The notes beneath the pieces were generated by a model. The model was given only the letters and a program-made list of their open reading frames with translations, made no database searches and had not been told where the DNA came from. From NCBI GenBank assembly GCA_005191425.1, contig SUPR01000059.1:1-22361 (forward strand): a stretch of DNA of 22,361 nt, in the 5' to 3' direction. Position 1 is the stretch's first letter. Each line of letters starts with the position of its first letter. Source of the DNA: Candidatus Helarchaeota ASGARD archaeon Hel_GB_B. GTDB lineage: Archaea > Asgardarchaeota > Lokiarchaeia > Helarchaeales > HEL-GB-B. A program made the position numbers and the translations under genes. Positions 8,597 to 17,764 of the stretch are shown here, piece by piece.

Positions 8597-9859
8597 TCAA
8601 TTAATTTTATGGAATATTACAATACGGTTGGTATTCGTGCCAGCACATTGGTTATATACCCCCCAAATATTGGAAGTTTTTGTAAATTTTTGCGAATTTA
8701 TCAATATTCCTTCACACTTAAATCCAGAATTTATTCCAAGAGGTAAAACATATTCTTCAAGTTTAATTGTACCTTTTTTTATTTCACCCACTTCAAAAGC
8801 TACCCATCCGTCAACTTGGGTTATACGATATAATTCATTAAACACATCTTGCATTATATTAGACCAATCTTTAATATTTTTAGCCAATGTAATTTTTTTA
8901 GAAATTTTTTTAATATCGATATTATTAAACCAGCATCTTAACCAATTATCTTTTGAATATTGAACAATATTTAAGAATGGAGGGGAAGTTATAGTAAGTT
9001 TTACTGAATTAGTATCAATTTCAGGTGTAGCTCGAGAGTCGTTTTTTAAAAATAAAGCAGAACTTCCTATATTTCTAAGGGTTTGAATTTGTTTGATTGT
9101 CAGATTTCGTATAAGTGATTTTGACTTCTTTAGTATTAATTCGCGGATATTTCTATATTCTGGTTTTTGATTTAATTTTTTATTGATTTTAATTTGTCGT
9201 TCTGGCGAAACTGCTTGATTTGGTGGGAGTGTATAGACAGAGAAAAATCCTTTAGAGTGCCCTGTTAATCTATTAGTAGCCACCATTCGTATCCATTTAT
9301 CTATATTGTCTTCTTCATTATCTTTTTGTCGTTCAGAAAGATAATTTTTCAAAGATACTAATTCACCTTCAGTGTCAGGATGATAAAACATAGATAAATC
9401 AATATCAGCTTTAAGTTTTTTATTTAAAGGGATTTTAAATAACCTTTCTTTAATTGCATCTAAGTCTGGAACAAAGAATCTAGGATATATAAGAATTTTG
9501 CTTAATGGATTTATATCATTAGATATTATTTTGCGACCTAGCAGAGCAGCTTCAATAACAGTTGTACCTCTTCCACTAAAGGGGTCGTAAACAATATCAT
9601 TTCTTTTTGTTAGAAATTTTATGAAAAATCGAGGTAGTTGTGGTTTAAAACATGCTCTATAAGAAATTTCATGTATTGAAGATGCTTGTCTTTGTTTTGA
9701 AGTCCAAAATTCATTAATATATTTAAAAAAATAAGTATTATTTATTTGGACAGGTTTAACTACTGTTTTTTGAGTTTTTCCTACACATTTATCTAATGTA
9801 TCATTTAGAGAAAAATTTCGCAAATATTCTGAGATAATATCAGAGTTTTTTAAGCTCAA
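8597..9859 (-). CDS. Site-specific amino (N4-C/N6-A) DNA methyltransferase, solitary
   Basis: SAM-binding VYDPFSGRGTT precedes catalytic ITSPPF (alpha-type motif order). TTG start with GGTG upstream. Confidence 0.85.
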   Translation of the reverse strand: MSLKNSDIISEYLRNFSLNDTLDKCVGKTQKTVVKPVQINNTYFFKYINEFWTSKQRQASSIHEISYRACFKPQLPRFFIKFLTKRNDIVYDPFSGRGTTVIEAALLGRKIISNDINPLSKILIYPRFFVPDLDAIKERLFKIPLNKKLKADIDLSMFYHPDTEGELVSLKNYLSERQKDNEEDNIDKWIRMVATNRLTGHSKGFFSVYTLPPNQAVSPERQIKINKKLNQKPEYRNIRELILKKSKSLIRNLTIKQIQTLRNIGSSALFLKNDSRATPEIDTNSVKLTITSPPFLNIVQYSKDNWLRCWFNNIDIKKISKKITLAKNIKDWSNIMQDVFNELYRITQVDGWVAFEVGEIKKGTIKLEEYVLPLGINSGFKCEGILINSQKFTKTSNIWGVYNQCAGTNTNRIVIFHKIN

Positions 9860-10144
9860 TCTTTTTTTACACCGAATTATAATATTTATTTATTTAAATA
9901 AGATATATTTAATTTATATTTCTTATTATAGAATAAAAAATTGGTATACAATTAATTTAAATTGATATATTGTTAAATTAATTAAGTACTTTAGTATTTC
10001 ATTAAAAAACGGAATGAAAAACAGATAAAATTAAATTAAAAATTTCCAGATATTTTTTAAATTGATTAAGGGAGTTTTTATAAAGATTATATAATGTAAA
10101 TAACTTGTTTTTATGAATAAAAATTAGAATAATTAATAATTATT

Positions 10145-11575
10145 TTAATTAGATGTATAACTGAAGTATTTAACGACATTTGATAAAATTTTTGTTAACA
10201 TTTCAATACTAGTAAAAACTGGAATTCCAATTTCGCGGAATACACCTCTGAGATTATCAAATTGGGAGTAATCGCCAAAAATCCAGAAGAAGATTGGTTT
10301 TTTATAAGATTTTAAAATATCAAGGAAGGCTTTATTACTTAAAATATCCCATTCTCTATGACTGACAGATACCATAGTTAATATAATAAGATCAACATTT
10401 TCATCTCTATTTAAAATATTTAATATGTCGAGAATAATAGGAGCGCCGTTGGTTTCAATAGCGGGCCAAATGTCACATGGATTCCCCTGTCCTGTTTTCA
10501 TCCATTTTGGGAATTTTTTTGCAATTTTAATTTTCGATTTTTCAGTATAAGAAGCCATTTTAAGGTTTTTTTGCTTTTCTATATTATCGGAGAGGACTAC
10601 ACCAGCGCCACCAGATATTGTAACAACTGCAACTCGGTTACCTATTTTTATTTTTTGATTATTTTTTTGAAATAATATTGAAAATACAGTAAGGGTTTCC
10701 AAAAATTCGTTGAAATCATTAACGCGAATTATCCCAGTTTGATTTATTAAACCATTCAAAATATTTTCATCTGTTGAAATTGAGCCAGTATGTGATAATG
10801 CAGCATTAGAACCACTTTTAGACGATCCGCCTTTAAGTAGAATTATAGGTTTTTCCTTAATGACTTTTTTTGCTAAATTAAAAAATCGTCTACCATCTAT
10901 AAAACCCTCTAGATATAGTCCGATTACTTTTGTATTAGGGTCATTTCCAATATATTCAAGCGCATCACACTCATTAATGTCAAGTTTATTTCCAATTGCT
11001 AGAATTTTATTTGGTCTAAAATAATTTCCACGTGTACTACCAATTACTATTTGAAACATCATTCCACCTGCCATCATTCCGCTTTGAGACACTATAGATA
11101 CATTACCTTTAAAATCAAGTATATCAATACCTTTAAATATCACTCCAAGAGGAGCAAAAGGAGTGAAAACTCTATTATAGAAGTCAGTATAGCCAGTGCA
11201 ATTTGGACCCCAAACCTTTATTCCAGCTTGACTTGTAATCTTTTTAATTTGATTAAATAATTCGAAATTGCCCACTTCATTAAAACCCGAAGATTCAATA
11301 AGAATTGCCTTTACTTTTTTTTGGACACATTCTTGAACTACGTTTAATACTTTATCTGGAGGTATAAATATAATAACTAGGTCTAAATCCTCTTTTATGT
11401 CCAAGATAGAAGGATAGGCTTTTAGGCCCAATATTTCATCAGCAAATGGATTAATTGGAAATACTTTAATTGAACCATTTAATAATAAATTACGAACAAT
11501 ATGATTACTATCTTTTCTTGGATTTCTAGAGGCACCTACTACTGCAACTGTCTTAGGTGTAAAATAAATTTCCAT
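10145..11575 (-). CDS. ADP-forming acyl/acetate--CoA ligase alpha subunit (CoA-binding, ACD family)
   Basis: TPKTVAVVGAS CoA-binding start, WGPNCTG, SQSG, GNKLDINE, phospho-His motif AALSHTGS, TISGGAG and NPCD. No ATP-grasp domain. Confidence 0.9.
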   Translation of the reverse strand: MEIYFTPKTVAVVGASRNPRKDSNHIVRNLLLNGSIKVFPINPFADEILGLKAYPSILDIKEDLDLVIIFIPPDKVLNVVQECVQKKVKAILIESSGFNEVGNFELFNQIKKITSQAGIKVWGPNCTGYTDFYNRVFTPFAPLGVIFKGIDILDFKGNVSIVSQSGMMAGGMMFQIVIGSTRGNYFRPNKILAIGNKLDINECDALEYIGNDPNTKVIGLYLEGFIDGRRFFNLAKKVIKEKPIILLKGGSSKSGSNAALSHTGSISTDENILNGLINQTGIIRVNDFNEFLETLTVFSILFQKNNQKIKIGNRVAVVTISGGAGVVLSDNIEKQKNLKMASYTEKSKIKIAKKFPKWMKTGQGNPCDIWPAIETNGAPIILDILNILNRDENVDLIILTMVSVSHREWDILSNKAFLDILKSYKKPIFFWIFGDYSQFDNLRGVFREIGIPVFTSIEMLTKILSNVVKYFSYTSN

Positions 11576-11622
11576 AAAAATGTAATTATATTTATGTAGA
11601 AAAATTTTCTTATTATGCGGAT

Positions 11623-11641
11623 TTTATCTTTTAAAGATAAA
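11623..11641. promoter_or_regulatory. Palindrome TTTATCTTT-T-AAAGATAAA, candidate operator upstream of the ACD gene
   Basis: Perfect 9-bp arms with a 1-nt centre, ~48 bp upstream of ATG 11575. Confidence 0.35.
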
Positions 11642-11859
11642 TTATTAGAATGAAATAAATATTTCAGGTAAAATATGGTAATTTGGAGTTCCAATTCATT
11701 ATATTTTATATCTTTATGGACTTATTATTATGAACAAGGATGATATAATGCAATAAATTAAGCATAATGAATAGGAATATGAATAAATATTAAGTTAAAA
11801 AGATTTTTATTATTTAGAAATAAATTATCCGAATTATTTTTATTAGGAATAACAATTAA

Positions 11860-14028
11860 TCATTTATTTTTAATTAGTTCTTCTAATTTATTGTCTGGGA
11901 TTTTTTGCCAGTGAGAAAATACAGTTTGCCAAAATGCCCACCCCGAAGTTTTCGACCTGATTTCATTGGACAGATTAAATGTTTCACTTACCGGAATGTA
12001 TCCAGTGACCTTGGAATAAGACCCTTCAGGCTCAATTTTATCGATTTTACCCCTCCTACTCTCGATAATAGAAGTGCATTTACCAATATAATTAGAAGGA
12101 GTTATAATTTGAATTTTATAAATAGGCTCTAATATGATTGGATTTAATTTATTAAGTTCCATTAGAAAAGAACTCTGAAATTCCTTAACAATCATAATTG
12201 GGCCTAAATTCAGTAATGATTCATCGATAATACTATTATTGACCATTATTTTAAGCCCAAATATTTTTTCTCTAATTAGCGGGCCTTTTTGCAATAATAA
12301 CTTGAATAAATTTATTAAAAATTGGTTATATTCGTCCCTTTTTTTATTTATAACTTTTTGGTGCGTATCAAGATAAGTAATTAAGATATTATTTTTCCCG
12401 ATAATGGAGAAATTTAATTTATCTTTATTTACATTTTCAGACTCATCAAGAAAGTTAATTAGAATAGATTTTAATTCGTCCGGAGGTAAATCATGATAGA
12501 TAGTTCCCTTTTGAAATAAATCTAAGATTTTTTGGTCTAATGGTCTAATTTGATATTCAATAGAAAACATATCATCATTAGATTTAAAATTTAATATATT
12601 ACTCTCTTTATAAATACTTTCTGTATAAATTACAAGAGGTTTACTTGTAATAATTTTAATACCCAAATCTTCAATTTCTTTTTTGATGATTTCAAGGTGT
12701 AATTCACCCATTCCAGATATAAGATATTCTCCTGTGTCATTATTTATTATAATTTCTAAATTGGGGTCTTCAATACTAATTTTTTGTAAAATTTCGACCA
12801 TTTTTTTCAATTCTCTTGGGTGATATGGTTCAATTGAAATAGTCATGACAGGATCTTGGTTGTAATGGATCTGTTCAAACGGAAAACCAAGATTCTTATA
12901 TTTCCAATCAATTAATGTTTCTCCAATTAACAAATCTTTATTTCCGGATAGACCAATAATATTTCCTGCTTTAATTTCTTTTACCGAATTTTTATTAGCA
13001 CCCATATAAATATATAAATTTAAAACGCGGAATTCATCTTGTTTATTCAATAAAAATAGTTTATCGCCTATCTTAATAGTACCTGAAAAAATTCTTCCGA
13101 CAGCTATCCTTCCAGAATGTATATCATTAATAATTTTATTTATCTCTATCAATGTAATACCGGAACTATCACACTCAACAAGATTTTTGCCTAATTTTGA
13201 ATTGATGTCTCCTTTCCATATTCGAGGAATCCTATAACTTTGAGCGGAATTAGGACTAGGTATATTTGTAATAATAGCATCTATTATTGCAGCATCTAAG
13301 GGAAATAAATCATATCCAAATTTTCTATAATTAAAAATATCGTCATATTTTTCATAAATTTCCATAATACTATTAAATTTTTTACCTGTTTGGATCATTT
13401 GTCTAAAAGTAAAACCCCAGTGATGTAATGCAGACCCAAACACCACATTATTTTTATGCGGGACAATTTTCCATTTTTCGTAGTAATAATCCGGTAAATT
13501 ATTTTTGAGAATTTTATTAAATATCTGGATAATTAAATCTAGTCTTTTTTGAATTTTTGATTCATTTAGCTTTAGTTCCTTGATCAATCGGTCAATCTTG
13601 TTGATAAATAAAACAGGTCTTATTAATTCTTGCATTGCTTGTCTTGTTAATATCTCAGTTTGTACCATGCAGCCTTCAACTGCATCAACAACCACAATTA
13701 CACCGTCAATAACTCTGAGAGCTCTCGTTACTTTTCCACTAAAATCGACATGCCCTGGAGTATCAACTAAATTAATTATATAATTATCGGCTAATAAAGA
13801 AATATTAGCTGCTTTGATAGTAATTCCTCGTTTTTGTTCTTCGTCAAGAAAATCAAGTACGCGGGCATCCCCAGCAATAGATTTAGAAATTATACCAGAT
13901 TTTGATAAAAGAATATCTGAGAGAGTAGTTTTTCCATGGTCTATGTGAGCAATAATTCCTACATTTTTGATGTGTTTAGAATTTTCCATTAGTTTTAATA
14001 TTTGTTCCCAATTTTTAATATGTACCAA
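11860..14028 (-). CDS. fusA: Archaeal elongation factor 2 paralog (aEF-2p-like) lacking the diphthamide histidine
   Basis: Intact G motifs (AHIDHGKTT, RGITI, DTPGHVDF, NKID, GSA) and EF-2 domains II-V. The HEDAIHRGP loop is replaced by DESLLNLGP and the C-terminal RKGL tail is missing. Not in an str operon. TTG start with GGTGAT in the rnz 3' end. Confidence 0.88.
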   Translation of the reverse strand: MVHIKNWEQILKLMENSKHIKNVGIIAHIDHGKTTLSDILLSKSGIISKSIAGDARVLDFLDEEQKRGITIKAANISLLADNYIINLVDTPGHVDFSGKVTRALRVIDGVIVVVDAVEGCMVQTEILTRQAMQELIRPVLFINKIDRLIKELKLNESKIQKRLDLIIQIFNKILKNNLPDYYYEKWKIVPHKNNVVFGSALHHWGFTFRQMIQTGKKFNSIMEIYEKYDDIFNYRKFGYDLFPLDAAIIDAIITNIPSPNSAQSYRIPRIWKGDINSKLGKNLVECDSSGITLIEINKIINDIHSGRIAVGRIFSGTIKIGDKLFLLNKQDEFRVLNLYIYMGANKNSVKEIKAGNIIGLSGNKDLLIGETLIDWKYKNLGFPFEQIHYNQDPVMTISIEPYHPRELKKMVEILQKISIEDPNLEIIINNDTGEYLISGMGELHLEIIKKEIEDLGIKIITSKPLVIYTESIYKESNILNFKSNDDMFSIEYQIRPLDQKILDLFQKGTIYHDLPPDELKSILINFLDESENVNKDKLNFSIIGKNNILITYLDTHQKVINKKRDEYNQFLINLFKLLLQKGPLIREKIFGLKIMVNNSIIDESLLNLGPIMIVKEFQSSFLMELNKLNPIILEPIYKIQIITPSNYIGKCTSIIESRRGKIDKIEPEGSYSKVTGYIPVSETFNLSNEIRSKTSGWAFWQTVFSHWQKIPDNKLEELIKNK

Positions 14029-14031
14029 GAT

Positions 14032-14952
14032 TTAATCACCATTTCGATATTTTACCTCAATTTTTGTAAGGTCATCAGGGAAAATTGTATCAGGAAAAAT
14101 ATCTTGTGTTTCTTCCATTAATTCAGAAATATCAGTATATCTCGAACTGAAATGGACTAATACTAGCTTCCTAACTCCAGCTTGCTTTGCTAGTTCTGCA
14201 GATTCTTTAACAGTAGAATGTTTAGTTTCCAATGCTTTATCTAACAGTTTATAACTAAATGTCCCGTCCATAATTAATAAATCAGCGTCTTTTGCAGAAT
14301 TTAGTATATCCTTAGTTGGTCTGGTATCAAGAGCTATGACAATTTTACGACCTGGACGCGGTTCACCAACAACTTGATTAGAAAAAATTTTTCTTCCATC
14401 ATTTAAAGTAATATCTTCTCCTTCTTGAAGTTTTTTCCATAATGGGCCAATTGGAATATTTAATTCAAGAGCTTTATCTCTATTAAACTTGCCTTTTCTA
14501 GGTTTCTCTTTAAATATATAATACAAACAGAAACATCCATGTTCAGCAAGTCCTGTTAAAATAAAAAATTCTTTATCTTCAAAAATAATGGCAGGTCTAT
14601 TAATTTCTTTCACTATGACATTAAAATTTATGTTCAATATAATTGAATTTAAAATGCAATCAATAAAATTGGCAGTCCCAGGTGGCCCGAAAATAAAAAG
14701 GTCATCTTTTCTATTTAGTAAATCAGAGGACATTAATATACCTGGAATTCCCATAATATGATCGCCATGTAAATGAGTAATGTAAATGGAATGAATTTTT
14801 AATAAACTTAATTTTACTTTAAAAAACTGTTGCTGTGAATTTTCTCCAGGATCGAATAGATAAATTTTACCTTTCCTTTTAATTGCAATACTAGTTAAAT
14901 TTCTATTTTTTGTAGGTATTGTTCCCGAAGTTCCTAAAAAATAAATCTCCAT
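14032..14952 (-). CDS. rnz: Ribonuclease Z (tRNA 3' endonuclease)
   Basis: FLGTSG, DPGE, THLHGDH, GP-rich exosite (IPIGPLWKKLQEG), HST..E and HFSSRY. Confidence 0.96.
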   Translation of the reverse strand: MEIYFLGTSGTIPTKNRNLTSIAIKRKGKIYLFDPGENSQQQFFKVKLSLLKIHSIYITHLHGDHIMGIPGILMSSDLLNRKDDLFIFGPPGTANFIDCILNSIILNINFNVIVKEINRPAIIFEDKEFFILTGLAEHGCFCLYYIFKEKPRKGKFNRDKALELNIPIGPLWKKLQEGEDITLNDGRKIFSNQVVGEPRPGRKIVIALDTRPTKDILNSAKDADLLIMDGTFSYKLLDKALETKHSTVKESAELAKQAGVRKLVLVHFSSRYTDISELMEETQDIFPDTIFPDDLTKIEVKYRNGD

Positions 14953-14967
14953 TTTATATACCCATCA

Positions 14968-16023
14968 TTATTTTACTCTAATAATCCACAAATTCCGGAT
15001 AAGTGATCTATGTATATAATAATCATATTTTCTGACGATAATAAAATCCATCTTTTTTAAAATTTCTTCAATATAATTTCCATAAATATTTGGTGTCGCA
15101 AATACAATTTTATTATTATTATAAATAATATCTTTGCATTGAGATAGAAAATTTTTGTATAATTTAAAAATTGATGAACTTTTGAGTGGTGATGATCTAC
15201 CATAAGGAGGGTCTGTTATAATGTTATCAATTTTTTTAATTGGGAGAATCTGAGAATCCGCTCTAAATATCATAAAATTTGAGATTTTATAATAATTTAA
15301 ATTGATCTTGCTTGCATGTATCATTTTCCAACTTATATCAGAACCAATCACATGATAATTTAATATTCCAGCTTCAATTAAAATGGAACCAATACCACAA
15401 TGCGGATCATATATAACTGCTCCACTTTTAATTTCTGCCAAATTTACCATTAACCTTGCAAATTTCGCGTCCATACCGCAGGGATGAAAGTAAGGCCTAT
15501 TTGGTCCGGATCTTTCATAAAATTCTTTTGAATTACTTTTATGTAATTCAATTCCAAAAATTAACGAACCATTTACAATAATACCTTTAAATTTTAATTC
15601 AGGACTCACTAAATCTACTTTTAAATTATTTTTAAATTTTGTAAGTATCAGAGCACCAATATATGATTCCAATTGGACTGAACTTAAACTATGACTCAAA
15701 TTTTTATGCATTTTTTTTATTTTTTCAATTCTAACTGAAAAAGAATATACGCGCGGTTCTTGAAAAGTCATTTCCATATCATTTATTGCAGTCTTAATGG
15801 AATTGAAATCCAAATTACATTTAAATAATAAAGTATAAACACCTTTACAAAATGCAGCCCTGTTAATTATCTCTCGATATCCATTATCTTCCAAATCAAG
15901 TATTAAACAATTGTCTACTTTTTCAATAACACTATATGAGATATCACTAGACTTCAATATTCCAAGAATTTCATCATTTGGTAAAGTTGGATGAATCCCA
16001 GCTAAAATACAGAATATTCTCAT
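14968..16023 (-). CDS. trm11: tRNA (guanine-10, N2)-(di)methyltransferase, THUMP + methylase (aTrm11/TrmG10)
   Basis: THUMP domain, ARLMVNLA, YDPHCGIGSILIE, GSDI and TDPPYGRSS. Adjacent to rnz. Confidence 0.88.
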   Translation of the reverse strand: MRIFCILAGIHPTLPNDEILGILKSSDISYSVIEKVDNCLILDLEDNGYREIINRAAFCKGVYTLLFKCNLDFNSIKTAINDMEMTFQEPRVYSFSVRIEKIKKMHKNLSHSLSSVQLESYIGALILTKFKNNLKVDLVSPELKFKGIIVNGSLIFGIELHKSNSKEFYERSGPNRPYFHPCGMDAKFARLMVNLAEIKSGAVIYDPHCGIGSILIEAGILNYHVIGSDISWKMIHASKINLNYYKISNFMIFRADSQILPIKKIDNIITDPPYGRSSPLKSSSIFKLYKNFLSQCKDIIYNNNKIVFATPNIYGNYIEEILKKMDFIIVRKYDYYIHRSLIRNLWIIRVK

Positions 16024-16196
16024 TTCTATAATTTCACTATTAATTACAAGTGTGTTTGTTGATTCTAATAGCTGATCTAATTAAAATATTTTTTATTTTT
16101 TTGAATTTCTTTTAGTTAGAATTAATTTTTCGCAAAAGTTGGAGTTTAAATATTATATTCCGAAAAAAAAGATAACAATAAATTAGTGGTGAATTA

Positions 16197-17741
16197 ATGA
16201 AAAGTTTAGACTTTTTACTACTCATTTCTCCTCAAAAGCCATTTCTCAGACCATTTGACGTATTTTACCCCTTTTCACATCAACAAGACAAGAATTTTTT
16301 ACCTCTATCAAATGGTGGACTGTCATTACTTGGTGTTCTAAATGAAGAATTTGAAGTTGGGTTCCATGATCTTGCACATTTCAAATATTTAAAAAAATCT
16401 TCTCTTAGAGAAACTGTAGAAAATGTTATTAAAAAATACAATCCAAAAATTGTAGGACTACATTGTTATACATTTAATTTTAATGGGATGAAAGAAACTC
16501 TAAAATACATTAAAGAAATTAATGAAAACATAATAACAATAGCAGGAGGACAACATGTTACCTTTCAAGATGAAGAATCAATAAAAGAATGTAATGGAAA
16601 TTTAGATATTGTCGTACGCGGTGAAGGTGAAAAAATTATTTACAATTTAATAAACGCACTAATTAAAAATAAACCGTTAAAAAATGTTCGAGGAATAACG
16701 ACTGATAGTTTTAAAACAGTGGATGAACTCCCCTTAACTACTGAAGAGTTAAATTCATTGCCTAATCCTTTATTCAGTGCAATTCCAATAGAAGAACGTA
16801 AATCCTTAATTTATTATCCAATTAATAGCTCAAGAGGGTGTTCATACCGGTGCCTGTTTTGTGTCAATCATGAGTTTTGGATTGGTGGAGTACGATTTAT
16901 GGATCCAGAAAAAGTAATTTCGACCATTAATGATCTATATGACTGTTTTAAACATAAAAGAATATTTATGGACTTTACAGATACTATCTTACCACTTCAT
17001 CTGGAAAAATTCAAGGATCTTGTAAATTTATATACTAGTGAAATCAACCAACCAATTTATTTTGCCTTAACAAGAGCAAATTATACTGATGATGAACGGT
17101 TGATGTTAATAAAAAGATTGATTCAAGATGTAGGAGTACTCTCCATAGGAGTAGAAAATGGGAATAATGAAGTTCTTAGAATAATGAGAAAACCATCATG
17201 GGAAAAACAGCTTCAAGCATTAAAAAATATTAGAAAATTTAAAATGAAATTAACCCCATCTTGGTTGATTGGACATCCGGGAGAAACATTATCTACAATG
17301 GTAGAAAATTTACAGAAGATAGACTTTTTATTCAATAATAAATTAATAGATACATTAATACCATTCATATGGGTACCTTTACCAGGAACCCCTCCGTTTG
17401 AAAACCCAGATAAATATCATGTCAAAATTATATCATACGACTGGGATAGATACGATAGAGCAATTTATCTCCCACCATACCATTTATTAGACCCATTTGA
17501 CCATAATAAAATAGCATTAAGCAACCAACAAATCTGGGCATATTTTTTGGGGGTTATTTCATTGTGCAATAAAAATAGTACCAATTTCAATTTTAAAGAA
17601 GTTCATGAACGAATTACATTTGATCAATTTTTAACAAGAGTAAAAAATGACCACCTTTATACATTGTTCAGCCCTGGAAAAGATGGTGACATTAATTATT
17701 ATCCGGATTTAGACCAATTCTTAGTCCCACAAGAAACATAA
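16197..17741 (+). CDS. Cobalamin-binding (class B) radical SAM protein
   Basis: N-terminal B12-binding domain (IAGGQHVT, DIVVRGEGE), SSRGCSYRCLFC (CxxxCxxC), SIGVENG and IGHPGET. GGTGA at 16188-16192 before ATG. Confidence 0.9.
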   Translation: MKSLDFLLLISPQKPFLRPFDVFYPFSHQQDKNFLPLSNGGLSLLGVLNEEFEVGFHDLAHFKYLKKSSLRETVENVIKKYNPKIVGLHCYTFNFNGMKETLKYIKEINENIITIAGGQHVTFQDEESIKECNGNLDIVVRGEGEKIIYNLINALIKNKPLKNVRGITTDSFKTVDELPLTTEELNSLPNPLFSAIPIEERKSLIYYPINSSRGCSYRCLFCVNHEFWIGGVRFMDPEKVISTINDLYDCFKHKRIFMDFTDTILPLHLEKFKDLVNLYTSEINQPIYFALTRANYTDDERLMLIKRLIQDVGVLSIGVENGNNEVLRIMRKPSWEKQLQALKNIRKFKMKLTPSWLIGHPGETLSTMVENLQKIDFLFNNKLIDTLIPFIWVPLPGTPPFENPDKYHVKIISYDWDRYDRAIYLPPYHLLDPFDHNKIALSNQQIWAYFLGVISLCNKNSTNFNFKEVHERITFDQFLTRVKNDHLYTLFSPGKDGDINYYPDLDQFLVPQET

Positions 17742-17764
17742 ATTTCCCATTTTTTATTATATTT

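Noticed and set aside
9950-9983. 11-bp inverted repeat AATTAATTTAA…TTAAATTAATT
   Set aside because: A/T-only arms are expected by chance at this composition.
11740-11862. Readthrough or frameshift past the EF-2 paralog TGA to restore the RKGL tail
   Set aside because: The in-frame sequence past the stop is AT-rich and bears no resemblance to the tail, and I saw no RKGL-like segment downstream.
8628-13783. ORF-track entries 8628..8963, 11051..11260, 11905..12132 and 13580..13783 (+)
   Set aside because: Each lies wholly antisense within a well-supported gene and has no recognisable protein features.
16024-16080. 19-codon open extension upstream of the trm11 ATG
   Set aside because: No ATG/GTG/TTG start in it, and the ATG at 16023 has GTGA upstream and gives a normal N-terminus.
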